From Escherichia coli (GTDB taxonomy: Bacteria > Pseudomonadota > Gammaproteobacteria > Enterobacterales > Enterobacteriaceae): a stretch of DNA of 64,000 nt. The position numbers and the translations under genes were made by a program. The stretch is from assembly GCF_003790525.1 (NCBI RefSeq), contig NZ_CP033635.1, one strand, 5' to 3'. Below the pieces are notes generated by a model. The model made no database searches and was not told the DNA's origin. It saw only the letters and a list, made by a program, of their open reading frames with translations. Shown here piece after piece: positions 1 to 9,962 of the stretch (positions are counted from its first letter, which is position 1; each line of letters opens with the position of its first letter).

Positions 1-244
1 GGCCGACATCTTCTAACGCAAGGGCTAACGTACAGACTTTCGAGATGGATTCCAGCGCAAAGCGGTAATCACAGTCACCCGCACTATAGACGTTGCCATC
101 GCTGGTCACGATAGCCACTGCCGCCAGTTGACCAGGTACATTCGCCAGAAAGGGAATGTAATCGGCATTTTGTCCGCCGTTAAGTGAGTGAAATTGGGTG
201 TAAGCCTGATCCACTGCCTGCTGTAATTTGTTTGCATCTAACAT
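1..244 (-). CDS. glsA: Glutaminase 1 (GlsA/YbaS), N-terminal 81 codons only; gene continues past the window start
   Basis: Reverse-strand ATG at 242-244 with upstream GGAG; translation MLDANK...FALESISKVCTLALALEDVG matches the E. coli YbaS N-terminus; divergent from copA. Confidence 0.8.
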   Translation of the reverse strand, partial: MLDANKLQQAVDQAYTQFHSLNGGQNADYIPFLANVPGQLAAVAIVTSDGNVYSAGDCDYRFALESISKVCTLALALEDVG

Positions 245-435
245 CTTTTGTTAACTCCTTTTTATAGATGCGGGAGGTAATTCCTCACCCCGGTGCCGAT
301 TTTCAGGCATCCTGATTTAACTTAGCACCCGCAACTTAACTACAGGAAAACAAAGAGATAAATGTCTAATCCTGATGCAAATCGAGCCGATTTTTTAATC
401 TTTACGGACTTTTACCCGCCTGGTTTATTAATTTC

Positions 436-466
436 TTGACCTTCCCCTTGCTGGAAGGTTTAACCT
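436..466 (+). promoter_or_regulatory. copA promoter with CueR (MerR-family) operator: -35 TTGACC, 19-bp spacer carrying the dyad CCTTCC-N7-GGAAGG, -10 TAACCT
   Basis: Dyad 440-458 lies exactly in a 19-bp spacer between -35 (436-441) and -10 (461-466), about 40 nt upstream of the copA ATG; typical MerR-type architecture. Confidence 0.75.
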
Positions 467-506
467 TTATCACAGCCAGTCAAAACTGTCTTAAAAGGAG
501 TGTTTT

Positions 507-3011
507 ATGTCACAAACTATCGACCTGACCCTGGACGGCCTGTCCTGCGGTCACTGCGTTAAACGCGTGAAAGAAAGTCTCGAACAGCGCCCGGATGTTG
601 AGCAGGCGGATGTGTCTGTCACTGAAGCGCACGTTACCGGGACTGCCAGTGCAGAACAGCTGATCGAAACCATCAAACAAGCGGGTTATGACGCATCTGT
701 AAGCCACCCAAAGGCTAAACCGCTGGCGGAGTCATCAATCCCGTCGGAAGCACTGACAGCGGTTTCTGAGGCGCTTCCGGCAGCGACCGCCGATGACGAT
801 GACAGCCAGCAGTTGCTGCTGAGCGGCATGAGCTGCGCCAGCTGTGTCACCCGCGTACAAAATGCGCTGCAAAGCGTACCGGGCGTCACTCAGGCACGGG
901 TAAACCTGGCGGAGCGTACTGCGCTGGTGATGGGCAGTGCCTCCCCACAAGATTTAGTGCAGGCGGTGGAAAAAGCGGGCTACGGTGCGGAAGCGATTGA
1001 AGATGACGCGAAACGCCGTGAGCGCCAGCAAGAAACCGCCGTCGCTACGATGAAGCGCTTCCGCTGGCAGGCGATTGTCGCACTGGCGGTGGGTATCCCG
1101 GTGATGGTCTGGGGGATGATCGGCGATAACATGATGGTCACCGCCGACAACCGCAGCCTGTGGTTGGTTATCGGCCTGATAACCCTGGCGGTAATGTTTT
1201 TCGCCGGCGGGCATTTTTACCGCAGCGCATGGAAAAGCCTGCTGAACGGTGCAGCGACGATGGATACGCTGGTGGCGCTGGGTACTGGCGTGGCGTGGCT
1301 CTATTCGATGAGCGTCAACCTGTGGCCGCAGTGGTTCCCGATGGAAGCGCGACATCTTTACTATGAAGCCAGTGCGATGATTATCGGTCTGATCAATCTC
1401 GGCCATATGCTGGAAGCGCGCGCACGTCAGCGTTCTTCTAAGGCGCTGGAGAAATTACTCGATTTAACCCCACCGACGGCGCGCCTGGTCACCGACGAAG
1501 GTGAAAAAAACGTGCCGCTGGCAGATGTTCAGCCAGGTATGTTACTGCGCCTGACGACCGGCGACCGTGTGCCGGTAGATGGTGAGATTACTCAAGGCGA
1601 AGCGTGGCTGGATGAAGCGATGCTGACGGGCGAACCTATCCCGCAGCAAAAAGGCGAAGGCGATAGCGTCCATGCCGGGACAGTGGTACAGGACGGCAGT
1701 GTGCTGTTTCGTGCCAGTGCGGTCGGCAGCCATACTACGCTGTCACGGATCATTCGCATGGTGCGCCAGGCCCAGAGCAGCAAGCCTGAAATCGGCCAAC
1801 TGGCGGATAAAATCTCAGCCGTATTTGTGCCGGTAGTAGTGGTTATTGCGCTTGTCAGTGCGGCAATCTGGTATTTCTTTGGTCCGGCACCGCAGATTGT
1901 CTATACCCTGGTGATTGCCACCACGGTGCTGATTATTGCCTGTCCGTGTGCGCTGGGACTGGCGACGCCGATGTCGATTATTTCGGGCGTCGGGCGGGCG
2001 GCTGAGTTTGGCGTGCTGGTACGGGACGCCGACGCGCTGCAACGCGCCAGTACGCTCGATACCGTAGTGTTCGATAAAACCGGGACGCTGACCGAAGGTA
2101 AACCGCAGGTTGTCGCAGTGAAAACGTTTGCTGATGTTGATGAAGCGCAGGCATTGCGTCTGGCGGCGGCACTGGAGCAAGGTTCCAGCCATCCGCTGGC
2201 ACGAGCGATCCTCGATAAAGCAGGCGATATGCAGCTGCCGCAGGTCAACGGTTTCCGCACATTGCGCGGGCTGGGCGTGAGCGGTGAAGCTGAAGGTCAT
2301 GCGTTATTGCTGGGCAATCAGGCGCTGTTAAATGAGCAACAGGTTGATACCAAAGCTATCGAAGCGGAGATTACTGCTCAGGCATCGCAAGGGGCAACGC
2401 CTGTGCTGCTGGCGGTTGACGGGAAAGCGGTAGCCCTGCTGGCTGTACGCGATCCATTGCGTAGTGATAGCGTGGCGGCGCTGCAACGCCTGCATAAAGC
2501 GGGATATCGTCTGGTGATGTTGACCGGGGATAACCCAACCACCGCCAATGCGATCGCCAAAGAAGCCGGGATTGATGAGGTGATCGCCGGGGTGCTGCCG
2601 GACGGTAAAGCCGAAGCGATTAAACGCCTGCAAAGTGAAGGACGTCAGGTGGCAATGGTGGGCGACGGCATTAACGACGCGCCAGCGCTGGCTCAGGCGG
2701 ATGTCGGTATTGCGATGGGTGGCGGCAGTGATGTTGCCATTGAAACCGCGGCGATTACCCTGATGCGCCATAGCCTGATGGGTGTTGCGGATGCGCTCGC
2801 GATTTCCCGCGCAACGCTGCGCAATATGAAGCAGAACCTGCTCGGTGCGTTTATCTACAACAGCATTGGTATTCCGGTCGCCGCCGGTATTTTGTGGCCG
2901 TTCACCGGTACGCTGCTTAACCCGGTGGTTGCCGGAGCGGCAATGGCGCTCTCGTCGATTACCGTAGTGAGTAACGCCAACCGGTTGCTGCGGTTTAAAC
3001 CGAAGGAATAA
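507..3011 (+). CDS. copA: Cu(I)-translocating P1B-type ATPase CopA (834 aa)
   Basis: ORF track 834 aa; two N-terminal heavy-metal-binding motifs ([16 protein letters not shown]), membrane CPC motif, DKTGT phosphorylation site, GDGINDAP hinge; AAAGGAG SD upstream. Confidence 0.97.
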   Translation: MSQTIDLTLDGLSCGHCVKRVKESLEQRPDVEQADVSVTEAHVTGTASAEQLIETIKQAGYDASVSHPKAKPLAESSIPSEALTAVSEALPAATADDDDSQQLLLSGMSCASCVTRVQNALQSVPGVTQARVNLAERTALVMGSASPQDLVQAVEKAGYGAEAIEDDAKRRERQQETAVATMKRFRWQAIVALAVGIPVMVWGMIGDNMMVTADNRSLWLVIGLITLAVMFFAGGHFYRSAWKSLLNGAATMDTLVALGTGVAWLYSMSVNLWPQWFPMEARHLYYEASAMIIGLINLGHMLEARARQRSSKALEKLLDLTPPTARLVTDEGEKNVPLADVQPGMLLRLTTGDRVPVDGEITQGEAWLDEAMLTGEPIPQQKGEGDSVHAGTVVQDGSVLFRASAVGSHTTLSRIIRMVRQAQSSKPEIGQLADKISAVFVPVVVVIALVSAAIWYFFGPAPQIVYTLVIATTVLIIACPCALGLATPMSIISGVGRAAEFGVLVRDADALQRASTLDTVVFDKTGTLTEGKPQVVAVKTFADVDEAQALRLAAALEQGSSHPLARAILDKAGDMQLPQVNGFRTLRGLGVSGEAEGHALLLGNQALLNEQQVDTKAIEAEITAQASQGATPVLLAVDGKAVALLAVRDPLRSDSVAALQRLHKAGYRLVMLTGDNPTTANAIAKEAGIDEVIAGVLPDGKAEAIKRLQSEGRQVAMVGDGINDAPALAQADVGIAMGGGSDVAIETAAITLMRHSLMGVADALAISRATLRNMKQNLLGAFIYNSIGIPVAAGILWPFTGTLLNPVVAGAAMALSSITVVSNANRLLRFKPKE
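707..718 (+). other. copA: Programmed -1 ribosomal frameshift site inside copA (slippery heptamer C CCA AAG, then GGC TAA in the -1 frame), giving the 70-aa CopA(Z) metallochaperone
   Basis: Heptamer at 707-713 is in the X XXY YYZ register for the copA frame (codons 68-69 Pro-Lys); the -1 frame stops two codons later at 716-718, directly after the first HMA domain. Confidence 0.6.
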
Positions 3012-3059
3012 GTATGTCATTGCGGATGCGCTGCTTTAGGGTGGCGCATCTGGCATCGA

Positions 3060-3195
3060 CGCATGCCTGCCGGATGCGGCATAAACGCCTTATCCGGCCT
3101 ACGATTCAGGCACAGGGTTGTAGGCCTGATAAGACGCGTAAGCGTCGCATCAGGCAATGGTGCTCGGATGCCGGATGCCGGATGCGGCGATGTTT
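3060..3195. repeat. REP/BIME cluster (at least two inverted REP units plus a partial unit with a duplicated CCGGATG)
   Basis: GCCTGCCGGATGCGGC...CGCCTTATCCGGCCTAC and TAGGCCTGATAAGACGCG...CGTCGCATCAGGCA palindromic units typical of E. coli REP, in the copA-ybaP intergenic region. Confidence 0.8.
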
Positions 3196-3314
3196 TGGCA
3201 TTACGCGACCTTTTTGCACGTTTTCCCCGGCGTGCCAAATATTTAATCCGTCCCAACTCCATTTGCGCCATCCCTCACCGCGCGCTAGCATGATATTTCA
3301 CAAAGGGAGGTCGT

Positions 3315-4109
3315 ATGGATCTGTTGTACCGGGTAAAAACGCTTTGGGCCGCGCTGCGCGGTAATCATTACACCTGGCCTGCTATCGATATCTCTCTTCC
3401 CGGCAATCGCCATTTTCATCTGATCGGCAGTATTCATATGGGTAGCCACGATATGGCTCCCCTGCCCACCCGTTTGCTCAAAAAGCTCAAAAACGCCGAT
3501 GCGCTGATCGTCGAGGCGGATGTTTCCACCAGCGATACGCCTTTTGCTAATTTGCCTGCCTGCGAGGCGCTGGAAGAGCGCATTAGCGAGGAGCAACTCC
3601 AAAACCTGCAGCACATTAGCCAGGAGATGGGCATTTCTACCTCACTCTTTTCTACCCAACCGCTGTGGCAAATCGCGATGGTTCTTCAGGCGACGCAGGC
3701 ACAAAAACTGGGGCTCCGGGCAGAATATGGTATCGATTACCAGCTATTGCAGGCGGCGAAGCAACAACATAAACCCGTGATTGAACTGGAAGGGGCAGAA
3801 AACCAGATTGCCATGTTGCTCCAGCTCCCTGACAAAGGACTGGCACTGCTGGACGATACGCTGACCCACTGGCACACCAATGCACGGTTGCTGCAACAAA
3901 TGATGAGCTGGTGGCTGAATGCACCGCCGCAAAATAATGAAATAACGCTGCCCAATACGTTCAGTCAGTCGCTGTACGATGTGCTGATGCATCAGCGAAA
4001 TCTCGCCTGGCGGGATAAATTACGCGCCATGCCGCCGGGGCGATATGTGGTCGCGGTCGGTGCACTACACCTGTATGGAGAAGGGAATTTGCCGCAAATG
4101 TTGCGCTAA
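3315..4109 (+). CDS. ybaP: TraB/GumN-family protein YbaP (264 aa)
   Basis: ORF track 264 aa with GGAGG SD upstream; sequence recognised as E. coli YbaP. Confidence 0.85.
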   Translation: MDLLYRVKTLWAALRGNHYTWPAIDISLPGNRHFHLIGSIHMGSHDMAPLPTRLLKKLKNADALIVEADVSTSDTPFANLPACEALEERISEEQLQNLQHISQEMGISTSLFSTQPLWQIAMVLQATQAQKLGLRAEYGIDYQLLQAAKQQHKPVIELEGAENQIAMLLQLPDKGLALLDDTLTHWHTNARLLQQMMSWWLNAPPQNNEITLPNTFSQSLYDVLMHQRNLAWRDKLRAMPPGRYVVAVGALHLYGEGNLPQMLR

Positions 4110-4191
4110 AAAAATGGCCAATATCGCTATTGGCCCGTCAAAGAGGAATTTCATTTTTTTATTATTATGCCGTCACTTTAAGCGACGGTGT
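4108..4191 (-). ncRNA. chiX: ChiX (MicM/SroB/RybC) small regulatory RNA, 84 nt
   Basis: Reverse complement reads ACACCGTCGCTTAAAGTGACGGCATAATAATAAAAAAATGAAATTCCTCTTTGACGGGCCAATAGCGATATTGGCCATTTTTTT, i.e. the ChiX sequence with its GC hairpin and 7-U tail; convergent with ybaP. Confidence 0.85.
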
Positions 4192-4297
4192 AACTCGATT
4201 GTCGCTCAATCTCACCATCCTGCCAATACTCTTAGGCAAGATGACTCTTTTTTTTGGACCGCCATCAGGCGTATGCTTGCTTCGTTTTTTTGTTTAA

Positions 4298-4792
<495 letters not shown>

Positions 4793-4797
4793 GCATT

Positions 4798-4827
4798 GTG
4801 CCGGATGCAAATATCCGGCACTTTCGG
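4798..4827. terminator. Putative bidirectional terminator hairpin between convergent ybaK and ushA
   Basis: 9-bp perfect stem GTGCCGGAT/ATCCGGCAC with 6-nt loop, followed by TTTCGG; sits between the two stop codons (4790-4792 and 4829-4831). Confidence 0.5.
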
Positions 4828-4828
4828 A

Positions 4829-6481
4829 TTACTGCCAGCTCACCTCACCTTTCGGTTCATAAACACTCACATCCAGCGGCGAGCTTTTCTGGATATACGC
4901 TTTAAGCACTTCGGCATCAATAAAGCCGGTATTCACATAGCCCGGTTTGTTATCAAGGCGCGGATAGCCATCACCGCCGGTGGCATTGAAGTTTAATGTC
5001 GCCATACGATAAGTTTTCGCCGGATCGACCGGTTCGCCTTTGATTTTAAGGTCGTCCAGTTTGCCGCCTTTCGCCACAAAGCTAACGTTAGCAAATTGCG
5101 GGTAGGCACCTGAATCTGGCTTCATCTGCGCGACGGCGGTCAGGTAATCAATCACCTCTTTCCCGGTCATGTCGGCATACACCACCACATTGCCGAATGG
5201 CTGCACTTTCAGCACGTTTTTATAGCTGATATCGCCTGCTTCGATAGAATCACGAATTCCGCCTCCACTCATCACCGCAAAGTCAGCACCAGTGCGATCC
5301 ATTTGGGCTGCCAGAATTAACCGCCCCATATTGGTCTGTACAAAACGCACTTTGTCACGATCGCCTTCCAGACGACCATTGGTTTCGCCTATTTTCACTT
5401 CCAGCTGCGCTTTGCCTTTGTTCTGGAACGGCGATAACAGCGAGATCATTTGCTGGTTTTCAGCGATTTCAGGAGTGTAAAGCACGCGCTCGCTTTTCCC
5501 GTCTTCCCAGGTCACTTTCTTCTTCAGGTTCACCGGAATCAGCTGGTAGTTAACCATTTTCATTTCGCCATTACGAAACTCAAAATCAGCCCGTCCCACG
5601 TATTTGCCCCACTCATGCGCCTGCACAATCCAGATGCCGTTTTGTTGATCCGGTTTGCATGGCGTACCTGGCACGTAATCGACCTGTTTTTTGTTTTCTG
5701 CCGCCATGCAGACCGGATCTTGCGAGTGACCACCAACGATCATCGCCAGCGATCCGGCAGGCAGCGCGCGCGCCATCTCCACATCGCCCGGTGCGTTAGA
5801 GCCGTGCTCACCATTGTCGTAATGCCCCATATGGGTCGCCGCGATAATAATGTCTGGCTTTTCTGTCTGTTGCAGCTCCTGAATCACCAGCTTCGCTTCA
5901 TCGGCGGGCTTACGGAACTCAATATCGGTGAAGTTTTCTGGGTTGCCTAACTTCGCTGTATCATCCGTCGTCAGGCCAATAACGGCAATTTTCAGATCCT
6001 GACGCTTAAACAGCGCCCATGGTTTAAACAGGCGCTCGCCGGTACTTTTCTGGTAGATATTGGCAGAAAGTAACGGGAACTTTGCCCACTTTTCCTGCTG
6101 GCGTAATACGGTGAGCGGGTTATCAAATTCATGATTACCGATTGCCATCGCATCGTAGCCCACCAGATTCATGCCGCGAAAATCAGGTTCGGCATCCTGT
6201 AAGTCAGACTCGGGCACGCCAGTGTTAATGTCACCACCGGAAAGTAGCAGCACGCTACCGCCTTCAGCCGCAACCTCTTTGCGGATACCATCTACCAGCG
6301 TTTTTTGCGCCGCCAGACCATATTCGCCATATTCATTGCGCCAAAAATGCCCATGATGATCATTGGTATGCAGAACTGTAATTTTGTAGGTTTTATCCTG
6401 CTCATACGCCAGAGCAGCTTCACTCGCCAGTGTAAATGTGGTTAACAGTGCTAACGCCACGCCCCGCTGCAATAATTTCAT
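4829..6481 (-). CDS. ushA: Periplasmic UDP-sugar hydrolase / 5'-nucleotidase UshA (550 aa)
   Basis: ORF track 550 aa; N-terminal signal peptide, metallophosphatase motifs (HTNDHHG, GNHEFD). Confidence 0.95.
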   Translation of the reverse strand: MKLLQRGVALALLTTFTLASEAALAYEQDKTYKITVLHTNDHHGHFWRNEYGEYGLAAQKTLVDGIRKEVAAEGGSVLLLSGGDINTGVPESDLQDAEPDFRGMNLVGYDAMAIGNHEFDNPLTVLRQQEKWAKFPLLSANIYQKSTGERLFKPWALFKRQDLKIAVIGLTTDDTAKLGNPENFTDIEFRKPADEAKLVIQELQQTEKPDIIIAATHMGHYDNGEHGSNAPGDVEMARALPAGSLAMIVGGHSQDPVCMAAENKKQVDYVPGTPCKPDQQNGIWIVQAHEWGKYVGRADFEFRNGEMKMVNYQLIPVNLKKKVTWEDGKSERVLYTPEIAENQQMISLLSPFQNKGKAQLEVKIGETNGRLEGDRDKVRFVQTNMGRLILAAQMDRTGADFAVMSGGGIRDSIEAGDISYKNVLKVQPFGNVVVYADMTGKEVIDYLTAVAQMKPDSGAYPQFANVSFVAKGGKLDDLKIKGEPVDPAKTYRMATLNFNATGGDGYPRLDNKPGYVNTGFIDAEVLKAYIQKSSPLDVSVYEPKGEVSWQ

Positions 6482-6698
6482 ACTTCTCTCCCTGACCTGA
6501 TTTCAACGTGTTGAAAAATAGTATGACGCGACATCATAGACAAGTCTGCGTCCGGTGAAGATAAATCTGCATCCAGATTAGAAATTCTGTATTCAGCGTT
6601 GAGACTTCCTTCAGGCGACGCATACAGGTATGTTAGTCGGGTAATAATCACAAATAAGATCATTCTTTACATCGCAACCCTGAAAAAGTGACTTTCCT

Positions 6699-7919
6699 AT
6701 GGCAATGAGTGAACAAACCCAGCCTGTGGCGGGCGCGGCTGCGTCAACGACCAAGGCCCGAACATCGTTTGGTATTTTAGGTGCTATCAGCCTCTCACAT
6801 CTGCTGAACGACATGATCCAATCGCTGATTCTGGCGATTTATCCGCTGCTTCAGTCAGAGTTTTCTCTGACATTTATGCAGATTGGCATGATAACCCTCA
6901 CCTTCCAGCTCGCCTCTTCGCTACTGCAACCGGTGGTCGGTTACTGGACCGATAAATATCCGATGCCGTGGTCGTTGCCAATTGGCATGTGCTTTACCTT
7001 AAGTGGTCTGGTGCTGCTTGCGCTGGCGGGCAGTTTTGGCGCAGTTCTGCTGGCGGCGGCGCTGGTCGGTACCGGTTCATCGGTCTTTCATCCGGAATCT
7101 TCTCGCGTGGCCCGTATGGCTTCCGGCGGGCGGCATGGCCTGGCGCAATCTATCTTTCAGGTCGGCGGCAACTTTGGCAGTTCCCTGGGCCCCTTGCTGG
7201 CGGCGGTGATTATCGCGCCTTATGGTAAAGGCAACGTTGCCTGGTTTGTGCTTGCGGCACTGCTGGCGATCGTGGTGTTGGCGCAAATCAGCCGTTGGTA
7301 CTCGGCACAGCACCGAATGAATAAAGGAAAACCCAAAGCGACGATTATCAATCCACTGCCGCGTAACAAAGTGGTACTGGCGGTCAGCATTCTGTTAATC
7401 CTCATTTTCTCGAAATATTTCTATATGGCGAGCATCAGCAGCTATTACACCTTTTATCTGATGCAAAAATTCGGATTATCTATCCAGAATGCTCAGCTTC
7501 ATCTGTTTGCCTTCCTGTTTGCCGTTGCGGCAGGTACGGTGATCGGCGGGCCTGTAGGGGATAAAATTGGGCGGAAATATGTGATTTGGGGCTCTATCCT
7601 CGGCGTTGCGCCGTTTACGCTGATTTTACCCTACGCCAGCCTGCACTGGACGGGGGTTTTAACGGTGATTATTGGATTTATCCTCGCTTCGGCATTCTCT
7701 GCCATTCTGGTCTACGCTCAGGAGCTGCTTCCGGGACGTATCGGTATGGTTTCTGGACTCTTTTTCGGTTTTGCTTTTGGCATGGGAGGTCTGGGAGCGG
7801 CAGTTCTGGGGCTTATCGCCGATCACACCAGCATCGAGTTAGTCTATAAAATCTGTGCTTTCCTGCCACTATTGGGGATGTTGACCATATTCCTGCCTGA
7901 TAACCGGCATAAAGACTGA
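6699..7919 (+). CDS. fsr: MFS transporter Fsr (fosmidomycin resistance), 406 aa
   Basis: ORF track 406 aa; 12-TM MFS-like hydrophobic profile; position between ushA and ybaL as in E. coli. Confidence 0.9.
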   Translation: MAMSEQTQPVAGAAASTTKARTSFGILGAISLSHLLNDMIQSLILAIYPLLQSEFSLTFMQIGMITLTFQLASSLLQPVVGYWTDKYPMPWSLPIGMCFTLSGLVLLALAGSFGAVLLAAALVGTGSSVFHPESSRVARMASGGRHGLAQSIFQVGGNFGSSLGPLLAAVIIAPYGKGNVAWFVLAALLAIVVLAQISRWYSAQHRMNKGKPKATIINPLPRNKVVLAVSILLILIFSKYFYMASISSYYTFYLMQKFGLSIQNAQLHLFAFLFAVAAGTVIGGPVGDKIGRKYVIWGSILGVAPFTLILPYASLHWTGVLTVIIGFILASAFSAILVYAQELLPGRIGMVSGLFFGFAFGMGGLGAAVLGLIADHTSIELVYKICAFLPLLGMLTIFLPDNRHKD

Positions 7920-7926
7920 TTTCATT

Positions 7927-7960
7927 GCAGCCAAAGGCAAACTTTGGCTGCATCGTTTTA
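7927..7960 (+). terminator. Putative intrinsic terminator after fsr
   Basis: 10-bp stem GCAGCCAAAG/CTTTGGCTGC with 5-nt loop, 8 nt after the fsr stop, followed by ATCGTTTTA (weak T tract). Confidence 0.5.
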
Positions 7961-8156
7961 CAGTCGCCATAAGCCTTTCCTCTGTTAAACCGCCTTCAGT
8001 TTTCCGATCCGTGCTTTTTTTGCAGCTAATTCCATTTTTCTGCAAAATTCAACAATTATTCATAAACATCATCAATGAAATTGTCATAAACTATTACCTG
8101 TAATTTTGGTTTTCCCGGCCAAAAATGGACAATAACCACCAGGAAAAGGAGACGGA

Positions 8157-9833
8157 ATGCATCACGCCACCCCGCTTATCACCACCATTGTTGGCGGCCT
8201 TGTGCTCGCCTTTATCCTCGGCATGCTGGCCAATAAACTACGTATTTCTCCTCTGGTGGGATATCTGTTAGCGGGTGTGCTGGCAGGACCATTCACTCCG
8301 GGCTTTGTTGCCGATACCAAGCTTGCGCCGGAACTGGCTGAACTGGGCGTCATTCTGTTGATGTTTGGCGTGGGTCTGCACTTTTCGCTGAAGGATTTGA
8401 TGGCGGTAAAGGCCATCGCCATTCCCGGTGCGATCGCCCAGATAGCCGTGGCGACGCTGCTGGGTATGGCGCTCTCCGCCGTGCTGGGCTGGTCGTTAAT
8501 GACCGGTATCGTGTTCGGCTTATGCCTTTCCACCGCCAGTACCGTGGTGTTACTGCGCGCACTTGAAGAACGGCAATTAATAGACAGTCAGCGTGGGCAA
8601 ATCGCCATCGGTTGGTTGATTGTGGAAGACCTGGTAATGGTTCTGACGCTGGTGTTGCTGCCCGCAGTGGCAGGAATGATGGAACAAGGCGATGTGGGCT
8701 TTGCCACTCTTGCTGTCGATATGGGGATCACCATCGGCAAGGTGATCGCATTTATCGCCATTATGATGCTGGTAGGTCGCCGTCTGGTGCCGTGGATTAT
8801 GGCACGTAGCGCAGCAACCGGTTCCCGTGAGCTGTTTACCCTGTCGGTGCTGGCGCTGGCGTTAGGGATTGCCTTTGGTGCGGTGGAGCTGTTTGATGTC
8901 TCCTTTGCACTCGGTGCGTTCTTTGCCGGGATGGTACTGAACGAGTCTGAACTGAGTCACCGTGCCGCCCACGATACGCTGCCATTGCGCGACGCGTTTG
9001 CGGTGCTGTTTTTTGTCTCCGTCGGGATGTTGTTTGATCCGTTAATTCTGATTCAGCAACCGCTGGCAGTGCTGGCGACGCTGGCGATTATTCTGTTTGG
9101 TAAGTCGTTAGCCGCGTTTTTCCTGGTGCGACTGTTTGGTCACTCCCAACGTACGGCATTAACTATCGCCGCCAGCCTGGCGCAAATTGGTGAGTTCGCG
9201 TTTATCCTGGCGGGACTGGGCATGGCGCTGGATCTGTTGCCGCAAGCCGGGCAGAACCTGGTACTGGCAGGGGCGATTTTGTCGATTATGCTCAACCCGG
9301 TCCTGTTTGCGCTGCTGGAGAAATATCTGGCGAAGACCGAAACGCTGGAAGAGCAGACGCTGGAAGAGGCTATCGAAGAAGAGAAGCAGATCCCAGTGGA
9401 TATTTGCAACCATGCGCTACTGGTAGGTTACGGTCGTGTAGGCAGCCTGCTGGGGGAGAAATTGCTCGCCTCTGATATTCCGCTGGTGGTGATTGAGACG
9501 TCACGAACCCGTGTTGATGAACTGCGAGAGCGCGGGGTCCGCGCAGTATTGGGCAATGCGGCGAACGAAGAAATTATGCAACTGGCGCATCTGGAATGTG
9601 CAAAATGGCTGATCCTGACGATTCCCAACGGTTATGAAGCGGGCGAGATTGTGGCATCTGCCCGCGCGAAAAATCCGGATATTGAGATTATCGCCCGCGC
9701 CCATTATGACGATGAAGTGGCGTATATCACGGAACGTGGTGCGAATCAGGTAGTGATGGGTGAGCGTGAAATTGCTCGTACTATGCTGGAACTGCTGGAA
9801 ACACCACCGGCGGGTAAAGTGGTGACGGGGTAA
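8157..9833 (+). CDS. ybaL: CPA2-family cation/proton antiporter YbaL with C-terminal TrkA-N (RCK) domain, 558 aa
   Basis: ORF track 558 aa; multi-TM N-terminus plus GYGRVG Rossmann-type motif in the C-terminal domain. Confidence 0.9.
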   Translation: MHHATPLITTIVGGLVLAFILGMLANKLRISPLVGYLLAGVLAGPFTPGFVADTKLAPELAELGVILLMFGVGLHFSLKDLMAVKAIAIPGAIAQIAVATLLGMALSAVLGWSLMTGIVFGLCLSTASTVVLLRALEERQLIDSQRGQIAIGWLIVEDLVMVLTLVLLPAVAGMMEQGDVGFATLAVDMGITIGKVIAFIAIMMLVGRRLVPWIMARSAATGSRELFTLSVLALALGIAFGAVELFDVSFALGAFFAGMVLNESELSHRAAHDTLPLRDAFAVLFFVSVGMLFDPLILIQQPLAVLATLAIILFGKSLAAFFLVRLFGHSQRTALTIAASLAQIGEFAFILAGLGMALDLLPQAGQNLVLAGAILSIMLNPVLFALLEKYLAKTETLEEQTLEEAIEEEKQIPVDICNHALLVGYGRVGSLLGEKLLASDIPLVVIETSRTRVDELRERGVRAVLGNAANEEIMQLAHLECAKWLILTIPNGYEAGEIVASARAKNPDIEIIARAHYDDEVAYITERGANQVVMGEREIARTMLELLETPPAGKVVTG

Positions 9834-9840
9834 ACGGTGG

Positions 9841-9950
9841 TTGCCGGATAATAGGCGCGGATATGTAGGCCTGATAAGACGCGCCAGCGTCGCATCAGGC
9901 ATTGAGAGCAAAATGCCAGATGCGGCGTGAACGCCTTATCTGGCCTACGA
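9841..9950. repeat. REP/BIME cluster between convergent ybaL and gsk
   Basis: GTAGGCCTGATAAGACGCGCCAGCGTCGCATCAGGC and GCCAGATGCGGCGTGAACGCCTTATCTGGCCTAC REP units. Confidence 0.8.
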
Positions 9951-9962
9951 ACCGACGATAAC

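Noticed and set aside
3014-3364. ORFs of 60-116 aa on both strands across the copA-ybaP intergenic region
   Set aside because: They translate REP palindromes (Arg/Cys/Pro-rich, mirror-like on both strands); this is repeat DNA, not coding, and none resembles YbaQ.
6482-6698. 61-aa and 67-aa ORFs in the ushA-fsr divergent intergenic region
   Set aside because: They overlap the ushA start and promoter region, lack SD sequences and give low-complexity translations; most likely non-coding promoter DNA.
9841-9950. Clusters of short palindromic repeats (also at 3060-3195 and 21230-21332) considered as possible CRISPR-like arrays or IS inverted repeats
   Set aside because: The units are canonical REP sequences in inverted orientation at the ends of convergent genes, with no regular repeat-spacer periodicity, no cas genes and no transposase.
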